Source: Gemmatimonadota bacterium
GTDB taxonomy: Bacteria > Latescibacterota > UBA2968 > UBA8231
NCBI GenBank assembly: GCA_009841115.1
Contig: VXML01000034.1
Span: 61,593-125,592 of the forward strand
Length of the DNA: 64,000 bases
Reading direction: 5' to 3'
Part shown: positions 30,183 to 40,335 of the stretch, piece by piece
Layout: each line of letters opens with the position of its first letter
Numbering within the stretch: the first letter of the stretch is position 1
The notes under the pieces: generated by a model
The model's input: only the letters and a program-made list of their open reading frames with translations
Database searches by the model: none
Told to the model about the DNA's origin: nothing
Program-made: the position numbers and the translations under genes

Positions 30183-31556
30183 ATGTCCGAAGCTGCAAAA
30201 ACGCCGTATCGCCCCCCAGTATCGGAACTAGGCCCGAGCCAGACCTCGTACACCTCGATCACCGACAAGATCAGTGGGATCGTCCTGACCAAAAACACCC
30301 CACTGGCGTGGTTCCTCTGCTTTGCTTTGGGCTTCTTGCTGCTGCACGGGTTCATGATAGGCGTTCCGTACCTGCTCTTTGAGGGCGTGGGCATCTGGGG
30401 AATCAACAACCCCATAGGCTGGGGTTGGGCCATCATCAATTTTGTCTGGTGGATCGGTATCGGCCACGCCGGCACCCTGATATCGGCGATTCTACTGCTG
30501 TTCCGGCAGCGGTGGCGCACCTCGATCAACCGCGCGGCAGAAGCCATGACCATCTTTGCCGTGCTCTGCGCTGCGCAATTTCCGCTCTTCCACACAGGGC
30601 GGCCCTGGCTGGCCTGCTACTGGCTGTTGCCCTATCCCAACTCCATGGACATCTGGCCGCAATTCCGCAGCCCACTGATCTGGGATGTCTTCGCGGTCTC
30701 GACGTATTTGACAGTGTCGCTGGTCTTTTGGTTTGTCGGCTTAGTTCCAGACTTAGCGAGCCTGCGCGACCGCGCCAAAAACCGCATCGCCCAAGTCATC
30801 TACGGCGTGCTGGCGCTTGGCTGGCGCGGCTCGGCCATTCACTGGGAGCGCTACGAAATGGCGTCCCTCCTGCTGGCCGGCCTCTCCACGCCCCTCGTGC
30901 TTTCTGTCCACAGCGTCGTCAGTCTCGACTTTGCCGTAGGGCTTATCCCCGGATGGCACACGACCATATTCCCCCCCTATTTCGTCGCCGGAGCGATCTA
31001 TGCGGGCTTTGCCATGGTCCTGACCTTGATGATCCCCATGCGCCTCATATACGGCTTGGACGACTTCATAACCGAGCGCCATCTAAACAACATGGCCAAA
31101 GTCATGTTGGCTTCCGGGCTGATTGTGGGATATGGTTATTTCATGGAGCAGCTCATCGCCTGGTACAGTGCCAGTGTCTTTGAGGGCTTTATGATGCAAA
31201 ACCGCATGCACGGCCCGTACGGCCCCTACTACTGGGCCTTGATCCTCTGCAACATAGTCGTGCCGCAGCTTTTGTGGTTTAGACACTTCCGCACGAGCAT
31301 GTTCTGGCTGTTTTTCATTTCCCAATTCATCAACGTCGGCATGTGGCTGGAGCGCTTTGTCATCGTCGTCACGAGCCTACACCGAGATTTTATGCCCTCT
31401 TCTTGGGACATGTTCCACCCGACGATTTGGGACATCGCCATCTACGTGGGGACCATTGGCCTGTTCATATTCCTGTTTTTTCTGTTCGTCCGCGGCCTAC
31501 CGATGATTTCCATCCACGAGATCCGCAATTTGCTGGTCTCCGGAGACCACAAGTGA
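30183..31556 (+). CDS. actC: Alternative Complex III subunit ActC (NrfD/PsrC-like quinol-interacting membrane subunit)
   Basis: Polytopic NrfD-like protein. The start is set at the ATG 2 nt after the actB stop. Confidence 0.85.
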   Translation: MSEAAKTPYRPPVSELGPSQTSYTSITDKISGIVLTKNTPLAWFLCFALGFLLLHGFMIGVPYLLFEGVGIWGINNPIGWGWAIINFVWWIGIGHAGTLISAILLLFRQRWRTSINRAAEAMTIFAVLCAAQFPLFHTGRPWLACYWLLPYPNSMDIWPQFRSPLIWDVFAVSTYLTVSLVFWFVGLVPDLASLRDRAKNRIAQVIYGVLALGWRGSAIHWERYEMASLLLAGLSTPLVLSVHSVVSLDFAVGLIPGWHTTIFPPYFVAGAIYAGFAMVLTLMIPMRLIYGLDDFITERHLNNMAKVMLASGLIVGYGYFMEQLIAWYSASVFEGFMMQNRMHGPYGPYYWALILCNIVVPQLLWFRHFRTSMFWLFFISQFINVGMWLERFVIVVTSLHRDFMPSSWDMFHPTIWDIAIYVGTIGLFIFLFFLFVRGLPMISIHEIRNLLVSGDHK

Positions 31557-31568
31557 GCCATTGAACTT

Positions 31569-32114
31569 ATGCAGCAGCACGAAGAATCAACGCAATACGG
31601 CCTGCTGGCCGAATTTGAATCTCCCGACGACTTGCTGGCCGCGGCCAAGGAGACCTTTGCCGCTGGCTATCGCAAGATCGACGCCTATTCGCCCATGCCC
31701 GTCCACGGCTTGGGCGAAGCTATCGGCTTTCCTCGCACTAGGTTGCCTTGGCTGGTTTTCGCCTTTGGCCTGCTTGGTGCCATCACGGGCTACTCCCTGT
31801 GCTATTGGGTTTCGGCCATTGACTATCCACTCAATATCGCCGGCAAGCCCTTGCACAGCGGGCCGATGTTCATCCCGGTGACTTTTGAGCTGACCATCCT
31901 CTTTGCCGCGCTCAGTTCGGCCTTTGGCATGTTCATCGCCAACGGCCTGCCCCAGCCCTATCACCCAGTTTTTAATGCGCCCAATTTCGCTCGCGCCAGC
32001 CAAGATCGATTCTTTCTCAGCATCGAGGCCGAAGATCCCCAGTTCGACCGCGAAAAAACCGAGGAATTTCTGCGCGGCCTGAATCCGCATGAGGTTGTCG
32101 AAGTTGAAAAGTGA
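31569..32114 (+). CDS. actD: Alternative Complex III subunit ActD (DUF3341)
   Basis: YGLLAEFESPDDLLAAAK...GYRKIDAYSPMPVHGL is the typical ActD N-terminus, and the operon position fits. Confidence 0.8.
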   Translation: MQQHEESTQYGLLAEFESPDDLLAAAKETFAAGYRKIDAYSPMPVHGLGEAIGFPRTRLPWLVFAFGLLGAITGYSLCYWVSAIDYPLNIAGKPLHSGPMFIPVTFELTILFAALSSAFGMFIANGLPQPYHPVFNAPNFARASQDRFFLSIEAEDPQFDREKTEEFLRGLNPHEVVEVEK

Positions 32115-32115
32115 A

Positions 32116-32700
32116 ATGACCATCGCTAAGCGACGGTTAGCTGCCCTGTTGGGAGCAGTGCTGTTGCTGATTGGCACCGCCGGTTGCGAGTTGCGGCAGG
32201 CCATGTACGACCAAGAAAAATACGAGCCGCTAGAAGCCTCGGCGTTCTTTGCCGACGGTATGTCTTTCCGCTCGCAGGTTGACGGCACCGTGGCGCGGGG
32301 CCAATTGATGCTCGACGAGCACTTCTACCAAGGGAAAATACAAGGCCAACTCGCGGAGACCTTGCCGGTGGCCGTTGACCGCCAGTTGCTAGAGCGCGGC
32401 CAAGAGCGCTACAACATTTTCTGCGCTCCCTGCCACGGCAGGACCGGCGCGGGCAACGGCATGATCGTCCAGCGCGGGCTCAAACAGCCACCAACCTATC
32501 ATCAACAGCGGCTGCGCGAGGTGCCCGTCGGTCACTTTTACGATGTAATTACCAATGGATTTGGCGTCATGTATAGCTACGCCTCCCGCATTCCCGTGGC
32601 CGACCGCTGGGCCATCGTCGCCTATGTCAAAGTGTTACAGTTAAGCCAAAACCTCGAATTCGACCAATTGCCAGCCGAGGACCAAAGGCAACTTCAATGA
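32116..32700 (+). CDS. actE: Alternative Complex III subunit ActE (monohaem cytochrome c lipoprotein)
   Basis: Lipobox LIGTAGC and a single CAPCH haem motif. Start at the ATG just after the actD stop. Confidence 0.8.
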   Translation: MTIAKRRLAALLGAVLLLIGTAGCELRQAMYDQEKYEPLEASAFFADGMSFRSQVDGTVARGQLMLDEHFYQGKIQGQLAETLPVAVDRQLLERGQERYNIFCAPCHGRTGAGNGMIVQRGLKQPPTYHQQRLREVPVGHFYDVITNGFGVMYSYASRIPVADRWAIVAYVKVLQLSQNLEFDQLPAEDQRQLQ

Positions 32701-33932
32701 ACGAGTCGATTACCCAACAGTCCGCCGCTCTGCATCCCTATTTAGATAATCTCCAGCGCTACGCGCTAGTCGTGGGCTTGGTCGGTTTGGCCGCCACTGC
32801 GGTCGGCTACTTCACCGCCGAGGAGCAGTTCTTCCGCTCTTATTTGCTGGCCTTTACCTTCTGGATCGGCCTGCCTTTGGGCAGCTTGGGCATCCTCATG
32901 ATCCACCACGTCGGCGGTGGTACTTGGGGATTTTCGGTCCGGCGTCTGCTCGAAGCCGGGACCCGCACTCTCCCGTTGCTGTTCCTGCTGTCGCTGCCGA
33001 TCCTCTTCTTCGGACTGCACGACCTTTACGAGTGGACTCATCAAAACGTCGTGCAAAAAGACAACATTCTTCAGCAAAAGGCCCCCTTTCTCAACGAGCC
33101 GTTCTTTATCGCGCGCACCGTGCTCTACTTCGCCATCTGGGGGCTGTTCGCCTTCTTGCTCAACCGCTGGTCGTTGCAACAGGACCAGACGACAGAGACG
33201 CATCCGACCCATCGCATGCAGGTCCTGAGCGGTCCGGGCATCGTCATTTTCTTTCTCACTGCGACGCTAGCCTGTGTCGATTGGCTGATGTCGCTTGAGC
33301 CGCATTGGTTTTCGACGATCTTTGGCATCATCTACATCATAGGTATGGGGCTGATGACCTGGGGATTCACGTTTCTCATCGCCGTCCCACTCTCGCGCCG
33401 GGAGCCGCTACAGGGCGTAATCACCGAGCAGCACCTACGTGACTTGGGCACCTTTATGCTGGCCTGCGTCATGCTCTGGGCCTATACCTCTTTTTCCCAG
33501 TTGCTGATCATCTGGTCGGCTAATTTGCCCGAGGAAATCACTTGGTACATGACCCGTTTGGAGGGCGGCTGGCAATACGTCGGCTACGGGCTGCTGGTGT
33601 TTCACTTTGCCGTTCCCTTTCTCTTTCTCATATCCAGCACGATGAAGTCCAAAACCAAGCTGCTCGCCACCATTGCCGTCGGCTTGGTGTTCATGCGCTT
33701 GGTCGATTTGTACTGGATCACGGCACCGGCCTTCACCAAAGTCCACGCCGAGAAGGGACCGAGCTTCCACAGCACCGGGATCACCCTACACTGGCTCGAC
33801 TTAGCCATTCCAATAGGCATCGGCGGCATCGTCCTGGCGCTTTTCTTCGCGCAGCTAAAAAAGCGCGCCTTAATCGCGCAAAACGACCCCCGCTTTGCAG
33901 ACCTCTACAGCGGCGAAAGCAATCATGGCTGA
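32697..33932 (+). CDS. actF: Alternative Complex III subunit ActF (second NrfD-like membrane subunit)
   Basis: 411-aa polytopic membrane protein in the expected operon position. Overlaps the actE stop (ATGA). Confidence 0.75.
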   Translation: MNESITQQSAALHPYLDNLQRYALVVGLVGLAATAVGYFTAEEQFFRSYLLAFTFWIGLPLGSLGILMIHHVGGGTWGFSVRRLLEAGTRTLPLLFLLSLPILFFGLHDLYEWTHQNVVQKDNILQQKAPFLNEPFFIARTVLYFAIWGLFAFLLNRWSLQQDQTTETHPTHRMQVLSGPGIVIFFLTATLACVDWLMSLEPHWFSTIFGIIYIIGMGLMTWGFTFLIAVPLSRREPLQGVITEQHLRDLGTFMLACVMLWAYTSFSQLLIIWSANLPEEITWYMTRLEGGWQYVGYGLLVFHFAVPFLFLISSTMKSKTKLLATIAVGLVFMRLVDLYWITAPAFTKVHAEKGPSFHSTGITLHWLDLAIPIGIGGIVLALFFAQLKKRALIAQNDPRFADLYSGESNHG

Positions 33933-34326
33933 ACAAGCACACGACCAAAACAACTCCGGCTACGAGACGACGGATGCGCATGTAAAGCCCCTGGCACAGA
34001 CCGGCGCTTTTATTGCCGTGTTAGTCATCGCTTCCTTTGTCGGCATGATCGTCTTGTTCAGGGCTCTTGCCTATTACCAAGAGCGCTTTGACGATCCGGT
34101 TCCGCCACTGGTCGAAAACCGCGTTGCCAGCGACGCGCCGAGGCTACAGGTAGATCCGCCAAAGCAAAAGTTCGAGTTGGCCCAAAGCGAGGCCGCGACC
34201 CTCAACTCCTATGGCTGGATCGACGAACAAGTGAAGGTAGTACACATCCCCATCGAGCGAGCAATTGATCTGGTGAGCGAGGGCAAAATGCCGCTCCTCG
34301 CGCCGCCTCCGCCAGCGACACCATGA
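33925..34326 (+). CDS. Small single-TM protein in the ACIII operon (ActG-like position)
   Basis: MAEQAHDQ... with one TM (GAFIAVLVIASFVGMIVLF). Its start overlaps the actF stop (ATGGCTGA). Assignment is by position only. Confidence 0.5.
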   Translation: MAEQAHDQNNSGYETTDAHVKPLAQTGAFIAVLVIASFVGMIVLFRALAYYQERFDDPVPPLVENRVASDAPRLQVDPPKQKFELAQSEAATLNSYGWIDEQVKVVHIPIERAIDLVSEGKMPLLAPPPPATP

Positions 34327-35162
34327 GCAGACCTACGACGACATTCGCTCGCAGCGCGATTTTTTTGGCATTAACGCTGCCGCTTTTACTAGCCGGCCAG
34401 ACCGGGGCGCAGGTCTATACCCAGCAGCTACAAAAGACCATCGGCATCGACCAGAAATTAGGCGACCAAATCCCCTTGGATCTGGAATTCACCAACTCAA
34501 GCGAAGAGCGCGTCTCCCTGAGCCAATATTTCGGTCAGAAGCCCATCGTGCTCACCTTGGTGTACTACGAGTGCCCCATGCTCTGCACCCAAGTGCTGAA
34601 TAGCCTCTTGCGGGCGATGAATGTGCTGAGTTTTGGCATTGGCACGGAATTCGACGTCTTGACCATCAGCGTCGATCCCGGGGAAACTGCGGAACTGGCC
34701 GCAGCCAAAAAAGCCGAGTACAGCAAAAACTACCGCGGTCGTGATGGTTCTACGGGTTGGCATTTTCTCACCGGCGAAGCAGACCAGATCAAGCAACTAG
34801 CAGCAGCGGTCGGCTTTCGCTACGAATACGACGAAGACACCGACCAGTACATCCACGCCAGCGGCTTGATGGTACTGACGCCGGACGGCAAACTGGCGCG
34901 CTATTTATACGGTATCGACTATCCCCCGCGCGACTTGCGCTGGGGCCTCGTCGAAGCAGCCGACGGTGCTATCGGTAATCCGGTCGATCAGCTACTTCTG
35001 CTCTGCTATAGCTACGACCCAATGACCGGCAAATACGGTCTCTACATCCGCAATTCCCTGCGCATCGGGGGGTTGATTACTGTGCTCGCTCTCGTCGTCT
35101 TTATCGTCGCTATGCTCAAGCGGGATCGCCGCAACAACCTGCACCAGCCTCAGCTCAACTAG
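34323..35162 (+). CDS. SCO1/SenC copper chaperone
   Basis: Thioredoxin-fold CxxxC motif YYECPMLCTQVLN, a conserved His region (YIHASGLMVLTPDG) and a C-terminal TM. Confidence 0.85.
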   Translation: MSRPTTTFARSAIFLALTLPLLLAGQTGAQVYTQQLQKTIGIDQKLGDQIPLDLEFTNSSEERVSLSQYFGQKPIVLTLVYYECPMLCTQVLNSLLRAMNVLSFGIGTEFDVLTISVDPGETAELAAAKKAEYSKNYRGRDGSTGWHFLTGEADQIKQLAAAVGFRYEYDEDTDQYIHASGLMVLTPDGKLARYLYGIDYPPRDLRWGLVEAADGAIGNPVDQLLLLCYSYDPMTGKYGLYIRNSLRIGGLITVLALVVFIVAMLKRDRRNNLHQPQLN

Positions 35163-35171
35163 TTCGGAGCC

Positions 35172-36116
35172 TTGAACCGCATGTCCGACTTTCCACTTTT
35201 TCCCGCCCAAGCCTCCACCATCGCCTGGCAAGTAGATGCCCTATACGCCTTCTTGCTGGTCTTGACTGTGGTCTTCTGCTTGCTCGTCTTCGGCATGGTA
35301 ATCATCTTCGCCATCAAGTACCGCCGCCGGTCGGAAGACGAACAGCCCGAGCAGACTCACGGCAATCTCGTCCTCGAACTGTCTTGGACTATCGTTCCGC
35401 TCTTTTTGGCGCTTTTTGTCTTTTTGCTCGGGGCCGATGTCTTCTTCCGGCTCCAGCGGTCGCCGTCCGACCCCTTGGAAATTTACGCGGTCGGCAAGCA
35501 GTGGATGTGGAAAATCCAGCACGAATCGGGTAAGCGAGAAATCAATACCCTACATGTGCCCAAGGGACAGCCCGTCCGCCTGACCATGACCTCGGAGGAC
35601 GTAATCCACGACTTTTTCATCCCGGCCTTCCGCGTCAAAAACGACGTGTTGCCCGGGCGCTACACAACCCTGTGGTTCGAAGCCACGCAGACGGGCGAGT
35701 TCCACTTGTTTTGCGCTGAGTATTGTGGTACCCAGCACTCGGGCATGATCGGCAAGGTGATCGTCTTAGAGCCAGCGGACTACCACGACTGGCTGATGGG
35801 AGCGTCCAGCGGCGAATCCATGGTCGAGGCGGGCGAACGCCAGTTCCAGCAACTCGGCTGCGAGACCTGCCACAAATCCACGGCCACGGGTCGCGGGCCT
35901 TCGTTGGTCGGGATTTACGACAAGCCGGTAACGCTCAGCAACGGGCAAGAAGTCGTCGTCGATAGCGACTACATTCGCGAGTCCATACTCCAGCCCACGG
36001 CCAAGATCGTCGCTGGGTACGAGCCGATTATGCCTATCTTCGAAGGGCAGGTCAGCGAGCAATCGCTGCTGCAAATCACGTCTTATATCAAATCCCTGAG
36101 TGAGTCCGCAGAGTGA
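35172..36116 (+). CDS. ctaC: Cytochrome c oxidase subunit II with fused C-terminal cytochrome c domain (caa3-type)
   Basis: CuA motif [11 protein letters not shown]...[13 protein letters not shown] and a C-terminal CETCH haem c site. Confidence 0.9.
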   Translation: MNRMSDFPLFPAQASTIAWQVDALYAFLLVLTVVFCLLVFGMVIIFAIKYRRRSEDEQPEQTHGNLVLELSWTIVPLFLALFVFLLGADVFFRLQRSPSDPLEIYAVGKQWMWKIQHESGKREINTLHVPKGQPVRLTMTSEDVIHDFFIPAFRVKNDVLPGRYTTLWFEATQTGEFHLFCAEYCGTQHSGMIGKVIVLEPADYHDWLMGASSGESMVEAGERQFQQLGCETCHKSTATGRGPSLVGIYDKPVTLSNGQEVVVDSDYIRESILQPTAKIVAGYEPIMPIFEGQVSEQSLLQITSYIKSLSESAE

Positions 36117-36141
36117 ACATCTCAACGAGGTCATTCAAGCC

Positions 36142-37809
36142 ATGAGCCACGCAGTCAGCGCCAACGGCGAGCCGAGAAACTATCTCAACGAAACGTATGG
36201 GATCAAATCTTGGCTCCTGACCCTAGACCACAAGCGCATCGGTATCCTCTACTTGATAACGCTGGCGGTCTTCTTCTTGGTCGGCAGCATGTTCGCCAGC
36301 CTCATTCGCTTTGAGTTGATGACGCCCAAAGGCGATTTGGTCGAAGCAGAGACCTACAACAAGCTCTTCACCATGCATGGGGTGGTGATGATCTTCTTCT
36401 TTCTGATCCCCTCGATCCCGGCGGTGTTGGGCAACTTTCTCATTCCCCTACAAATCGGCGCGCGGGACGTGGCCTTCCCCCGCTTGAATCTCCTCAGCTA
36501 TTACCTCTACGTCGCCGGCGGGGCCTTCGCCGTGCTGGCCATCATCATGGGGGGCATTGATACGGGTTGGACCTTTTACACGCCTTATAGCAGTACGTAC
36601 TCCACTTCGTTCGTTTCCCTAGCCTTAGTCGGCGTTTTTGTCAACGGCTTCTCTTCGATCCTCACTGGGGTCAACTTCATGGTCACCATCCACAAGATGC
36701 GGGCCCCGGGTATGACGTGGTTCCGCTTGCCGCTTTTTATTTGGGGGCACTACGCGACCAGCTTGATTCAGGTACTAGGCACCCCGGTGGTGGCCATCAC
36801 CTTGTTGCTGGTCTGCTTCGAGCGCGCCTTCAAGATCGGCATTTTCGATCCCAATTACGGCGGTGATCCGGTGCTTTTCCAGCACATGTTCTGGTTTTAC
36901 TCGCATCCGGCCGTGTACATCATGATCTTGCCGGGCTTTGCCGTCATCAGCGATGTCATAGCTTGCTTCTCGCGCAAGCGCGTCTTCGGCTATTCCTTTG
37001 TGGCTTTTTCCTCGCTGGCCATCGCCGTCCTTGGCTTTCTCGTCTGGGGCCACCATTTGTTCGTATCGGGCCAATCCACCTATGCCAGCATGGTCTTTTC
37101 CTTCATCACCTTCTTCATCGCCGTACCCACGGCCATCAAAATTTTCAACTGGGCTTTCACTCTCCACAAAGCCTCGGTTAAGCTAGACTCGCCGATGCTC
37201 TACGTGATGGGCTTTATCGGCCTTTTCACTATCGGCGGTCTGACGGGCCTGTTCCTTTCCACCTTGGGCCTAGACATCCATCTCCACGATACCTACTTCG
37301 TGGTCGCCCACTTTCACTATGTCATGGTGGGTGGCATGGTCATGGGGTTCCTCTGTGGCCTGCATTTTTGGTGGCCTAAAATGACTGGGCGCATGTACTC
37401 GGAAGGGGCGGCCAAGCTCGGCGTGATGTTCGTCTTCGCTGGGTTTAACCTGACCTTCTTTCCCCAATTTATCTTGGGTTACCTAGGGATGCCTCGGCGC
37501 TATCACGCCTATCCCGAGGAATGGCAAGCCCTCAACATCATGTCCACCGCGGGCGCTACCGTCCTCGGGCTGGGCTTCTCACTGACCATCATCTATCTCC
37601 TTTGGTCCCTGTTTAAAGGCGAGAAGGCCCCCGCCAATCCGTTCCAAGCCAAGGGTCTCGAATGGGATATCCCCTCGCCGCCCATAGCCCACAACTTTGA
37701 AGCTATTCCGATAGTTACTTGGGAAGCCTATCCGTACGGTGAGGAGGAATCGACGGAACCGAGCACTGAGGCCGTACCTGAACGCGCTAAGGAGGATGAA
37801 GTTGTCTGA
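36142..37809 (+). CDS. ctaD: Cytochrome c oxidase subunit I
   Basis: [10 protein letters not shown], haem/CuB ligand blocks ([34 protein letters not shown]). Start trimmed to MSHAVSANG. Confidence 0.95.
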   Translation: MSHAVSANGEPRNYLNETYGIKSWLLTLDHKRIGILYLITLAVFFLVGSMFASLIRFELMTPKGDLVEAETYNKLFTMHGVVMIFFFLIPSIPAVLGNFLIPLQIGARDVAFPRLNLLSYYLYVAGGAFAVLAIIMGGIDTGWTFYTPYSSTYSTSFVSLALVGVFVNGFSSILTGVNFMVTIHKMRAPGMTWFRLPLFIWGHYATSLIQVLGTPVVAITLLLVCFERAFKIGIFDPNYGGDPVLFQHMFWFYSHPAVYIMILPGFAVISDVIACFSRKRVFGYSFVAFSSLAIAVLGFLVWGHHLFVSGQSTYASMVFSFITFFIAVPTAIKIFNWAFTLHKASVKLDSPMLYVMGFIGLFTIGGLTGLFLSTLGLDIHLHDTYFVVAHFHYVMVGGMVMGFLCGLHFWWPKMTGRMYSEGAAKLGVMFVFAGFNLTFFPQFILGYLGMPRRYHAYPEEWQALNIMSTAGATVLGLGFSLTIIYLLWSLFKGEKAPANPFQAKGLEWDIPSPPIAHNFEAIPIVTWEAYPYGEEESTEPSTEAVPERAKEDEVV

Positions 37810-38461
37810 GCACGCACATAGCGCCCACCACCTGCACCAATTCGAGACAGCGCAGCAGCAATACGAAGCCGCTAGTCTCGGCATGTGGGCGTTCATCATC
37901 CAGGAGATTCTGTTCTTCGGGGGGTTGTTCGGTGCCTACACCGTGTATCGCAACGAATATATCGAAGCCTTTACCGCTGGCTCTCACCTCCTCAGCATCG
38001 GCTGGGGCACCTTCAACACCATCGTGCTGATCGCCAGCAGCCTGACCATGGCGCTGGCCGTCCGCGCCGCGCAGACCAATGCTGGTCGCAACGCGATTAC
38101 GGGGTGGCTCGTCGCCACGATCATTCTCGGCTGCGCCTTCTTGGGCGTCAAGTACATCGAGTACAGCCACAAATGGCACGAACACCTCATCCCCGGAAGC
38201 ATGTTCCAGTGGAACCACCCCGAGGTCACGCTCGGCAACGCCAAAATTTTCTTCTCGTTTTACTTCGTAATGACCGGGATGCACGCGCTACACATGGTCG
38301 TCGGCGTCGGCATTATGCTGTGGATGATCGCCAAGGTCCGGCGCAACGAGATTTCGGCGCAGTACTTTACGCCGATTGAAATCAGCGGCCTTTATTGGCA
38401 CTTCGTCGATATCGTGTGGATTTTCCTCTTCCCGCTGCTCTATCTGATTGGACGTCACTAA
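37796..38461 (+). CDS. ctaE: Cytochrome c oxidase subunit III
   Basis: [35 protein letters not shown] and [17 protein letters not shown]. The start is ATG 37796, with TTG 37802 as an alternative. Confidence 0.9.
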   Translation: MKLSEHAHSAHHLHQFETAQQQYEAASLGMWAFIIQEILFFGGLFGAYTVYRNEYIEAFTAGSHLLSIGWGTFNTIVLIASSLTMALAVRAAQTNAGRNAITGWLVATIILGCAFLGVKYIEYSHKWHEHLIPGSMFQWNHPEVTLGNAKIFFSFYFVMTGMHALHMVVGVGIMLWMIAKVRRNEISAQYFTPIEISGLYWHFVDIVWIFLFPLLYLIGRH

Positions 38462-38802
38462 TGTCTGAACATCACTCTGAACATCACGTCGTCCCACTCA
38501 AGATCTACTTTCTGATCTTCTTCGCCCTGATGATCGGCACGGTCATCACGGTGGCCGCCGCCTTCGTCAACATGGGCTTTTTGAATACCCCGGTCGCCCT
38601 GATTATCGCTTTAGTAAAGGCATCGCTGGTCATCTTGTTCTTTATGCACGTGAAATACAGCCCCAAGCTGGTCGGGCTTTTCGCGGTCGCTGGCTTCTTC
38701 TGGCTGTGCATCCTGCTGGCCTTGACCATGCAGGACTACTATACGCGGGGCTGGGGCCAGGAAGCGCCGGTGGAGTTCCTCAAGCAAGGGTCGTTTTTCT
38801 AA
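38461..38802 (+). CDS. ctaF: Cytochrome c oxidase subunit IV (bacterial caa3/aa3 small subunit)
   Basis: [31 protein letters not shown]..., three TM segments, and a TAATG overlap with ctaE. Confidence 0.8.
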   Translation: MSEHHSEHHVVPLKIYFLIFFALMIGTVITVAAAFVNMGFLNTPVALIIALVKASLVILFFMHVKYSPKLVGLFAVAGFFWLCILLALTMQDYYTRGWGQEAPVEFLKQGSFF

Positions 38803-38831
38803 ATCCTAAACTTTACAGCATTTCACGATAA

Positions 38832-38867
38832 TAGCCCGGGCCTCCTTGAGCGGTCCGGGCTATTTTG
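38832..38867 (+). terminator. Rho-independent terminator closing the act-cta operon
   Basis: TAGCCCGG...CCGGGCTA stem followed by TTTTG. A second hairpin plus T-run (CTTGGGAT...ATCCCAAG CCTTTTTCTTT) follows at 38924-38970. Confidence 0.7.
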
Positions 38868-38995
38868 TGTCGGCTAAGTCGGGGTTGTCGCAGGCGAGAG
38901 ACCTTAGTACCTTGAATTGTGTCCTTGGGATTGAAGGCGTCGAGCCCTCGATCCCAAGCCTTTTTCTTTCAACAGAATTATACGGACTGGCAAGC

Positions 38996-39366
38996 ATGGT
39001 TGACCCAAAAGACATTCAGGCGACCTGTGATGACATAGCCCGAGAATTTGCCCCCTGAAAATTATTCTCTTCGGCTCCTATGCTTACGGCACCCCCACGG
39101 AAGACTCGGATGTCGATTTGTGCGTGGTCATGGCGATCCCTGAATCGCAGACTCGTCGCCAAACCGTGGAGATTCGGCAGCGTATCCCCCGCCGCTTCCG
39201 CATGGATTTGCTCGTCCGTTCCCCAGAAGAAATTGCTTACCGAGTCTCGCATAACGACTGGTTTCTTCGGGAAATTATGCAAAAAGGGCAAGTACTCTAT
39301 GAATCCGTTGACGCTGGAATGGACGCAAAAGGCCGAAGGAGATTATGCTCATGTCGATTAAGCTGA
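38996..39366 (+). pseudogene. MNT-type nucleotidyltransferase (HEPN/MNT antitoxin), frameshifted
   Basis: The N-terminus MVDPKDIQATCDDIAREFAP stops at TGA 39056-58. The NTase core KIILFGSYAYGTPTEDSDVDLCVV... continues in another frame from 39058. One extra C in the CCCCC run (39051-55) would restore a single ORF. Confidence 0.7.
39299..39361 (+). pseudogene. HEPN-domain toxin remnant (first 20 codons only)
   Basis: MNPLTLEWTQKAEGDYAHVD* starts at the position expected for the HEPN partner, overlapping the MNT 3' end. It carries the EW..KAE.D motif typical of HEPN N-termini and ends where the A/T-rich GIY-YIG cassette begins. Confidence 0.45.
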
Positions 39367-39455
39367 AGGACATCTAGCCAATCGAGAATGTTGGCGATTA
39401 CAAAGTACATTTTGCACGTCGTGTAACGGGAGAGGATGGCATAGCAAGAGAGCCG

Positions 39456-40178
39456 TTGGATGACTGGTTAGAGGACCCTGACAATTGGGTCTATTGGCAA
39501 GCACATCGTCCAAAAAAAAACGAGTTCAATCGAGAATTCATCTTTTCTCTAATGAGGTTTTACCCAGAGGAAGATGTCTGGCTATTCGGAGGAGTCTTTC
39601 GCGTCCTAGCTGATCATGGTTATGGGAACGGATACGAAGTCGAGTTGACAGATCATGGCTCAGGCTTTATAGGACGGCTCAAGATTTTTCGGTACTATCG
39701 GAAAAAGTCGCCTCGAGTAAAACTCGAAAATCACTATGACGACTTCGAGGTAGCGGAAATACTGCGGGAGCCGTATTCGGGGCGAATTTTTCCCGGCTAT
39801 GAGAACATCGATCTTCCCTTTAAGGAACTCGCAACTTTGATTCGGAACGATAAGCCCGATTGGAAATCAGCCTTGGAGAACGTAAAAGGCGTCTATTTGA
39901 TTACCGACACTAGCACAGGCAAACGATATGTCGGTTCAGCTTATGGCGATCAGGGAATCTGGTCTCGGTGGGAAGCATACGTCAGGTCTGGCCATGGCTG
40001 GAACAAGGAATTGCAGGAGTTAGTTGGCGACAAGTTGGACTATGCCCAAGAAAATTTCAAGTTCACACTACTTGAATACCGACCAGCCCCCACACCCGAT
40101 GATACTGTAATCTATCGAGAAAACTATTGGAAGGAAGTTCTGTTGACGCGGGGCAAGTACGGCCTCAATCAGAACTGA
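39456..40178 (+). CDS. Two-domain protein: unknown N-terminal domain (~150 aa) plus a C-terminal GIY-YIG nuclease domain
   Basis: The C-terminus carries the GIY-YIG elements: GVYLITD...KRYVGSAYG, IWSRW (Arg), RENYWKEVL (Glu) and GLNQN (Asn). TTG start. The gene is visibly more A/T-rich than its flanks. Confidence 0.75.
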   Translation: MDDWLEDPDNWVYWQAHRPKKNEFNREFIFSLMRFYPEEDVWLFGGVFRVLADHGYGNGYEVELTDHGSGFIGRLKIFRYYRKKSPRVKLENHYDDFEVAEILREPYSGRIFPGYENIDLPFKELATLIRNDKPDWKSALENVKGVYLITDTSTGKRYVGSAYGDQGIWSRWEAYVRSGHGWNKELQELVGDKLDYAQENFKFTLLEYRPAPTPDDTVIYRENYWKEVLLTRGKYGLNQN

Positions 40179-40213
40179 TAGCGCTGGTCTGAAACATTCC
40201 CATCTCCATCCCA

Positions 40214-40253
40214 AAAGCCCAAGCCGCGTAAAAATGGCTTGGGCTTTTGTTGT
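40214..40253 (+). terminator. Rho-independent terminator after the GIY-YIG gene
   Basis: AAAGCCCAAGCC-loop-GGCTTGGGCTTTTGTTGTT. Confidence 0.7.
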
Positions 40254-40335
40254 TATACGAGCTTGCCTTATCCCCCGAGTAATGTCTCACTACATCTAAT
40301 CCAATTAATTCAACCTATTCACGAAGGAAGACACC

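Noticed and set aside
30425-31183. 252-aa alternative-frame ORF within actC
   Set aside because: It is a Pro/Arg/Leu/His-rich out-of-frame read of a polytopic membrane gene, and the actC frame gives coherent TM helices.
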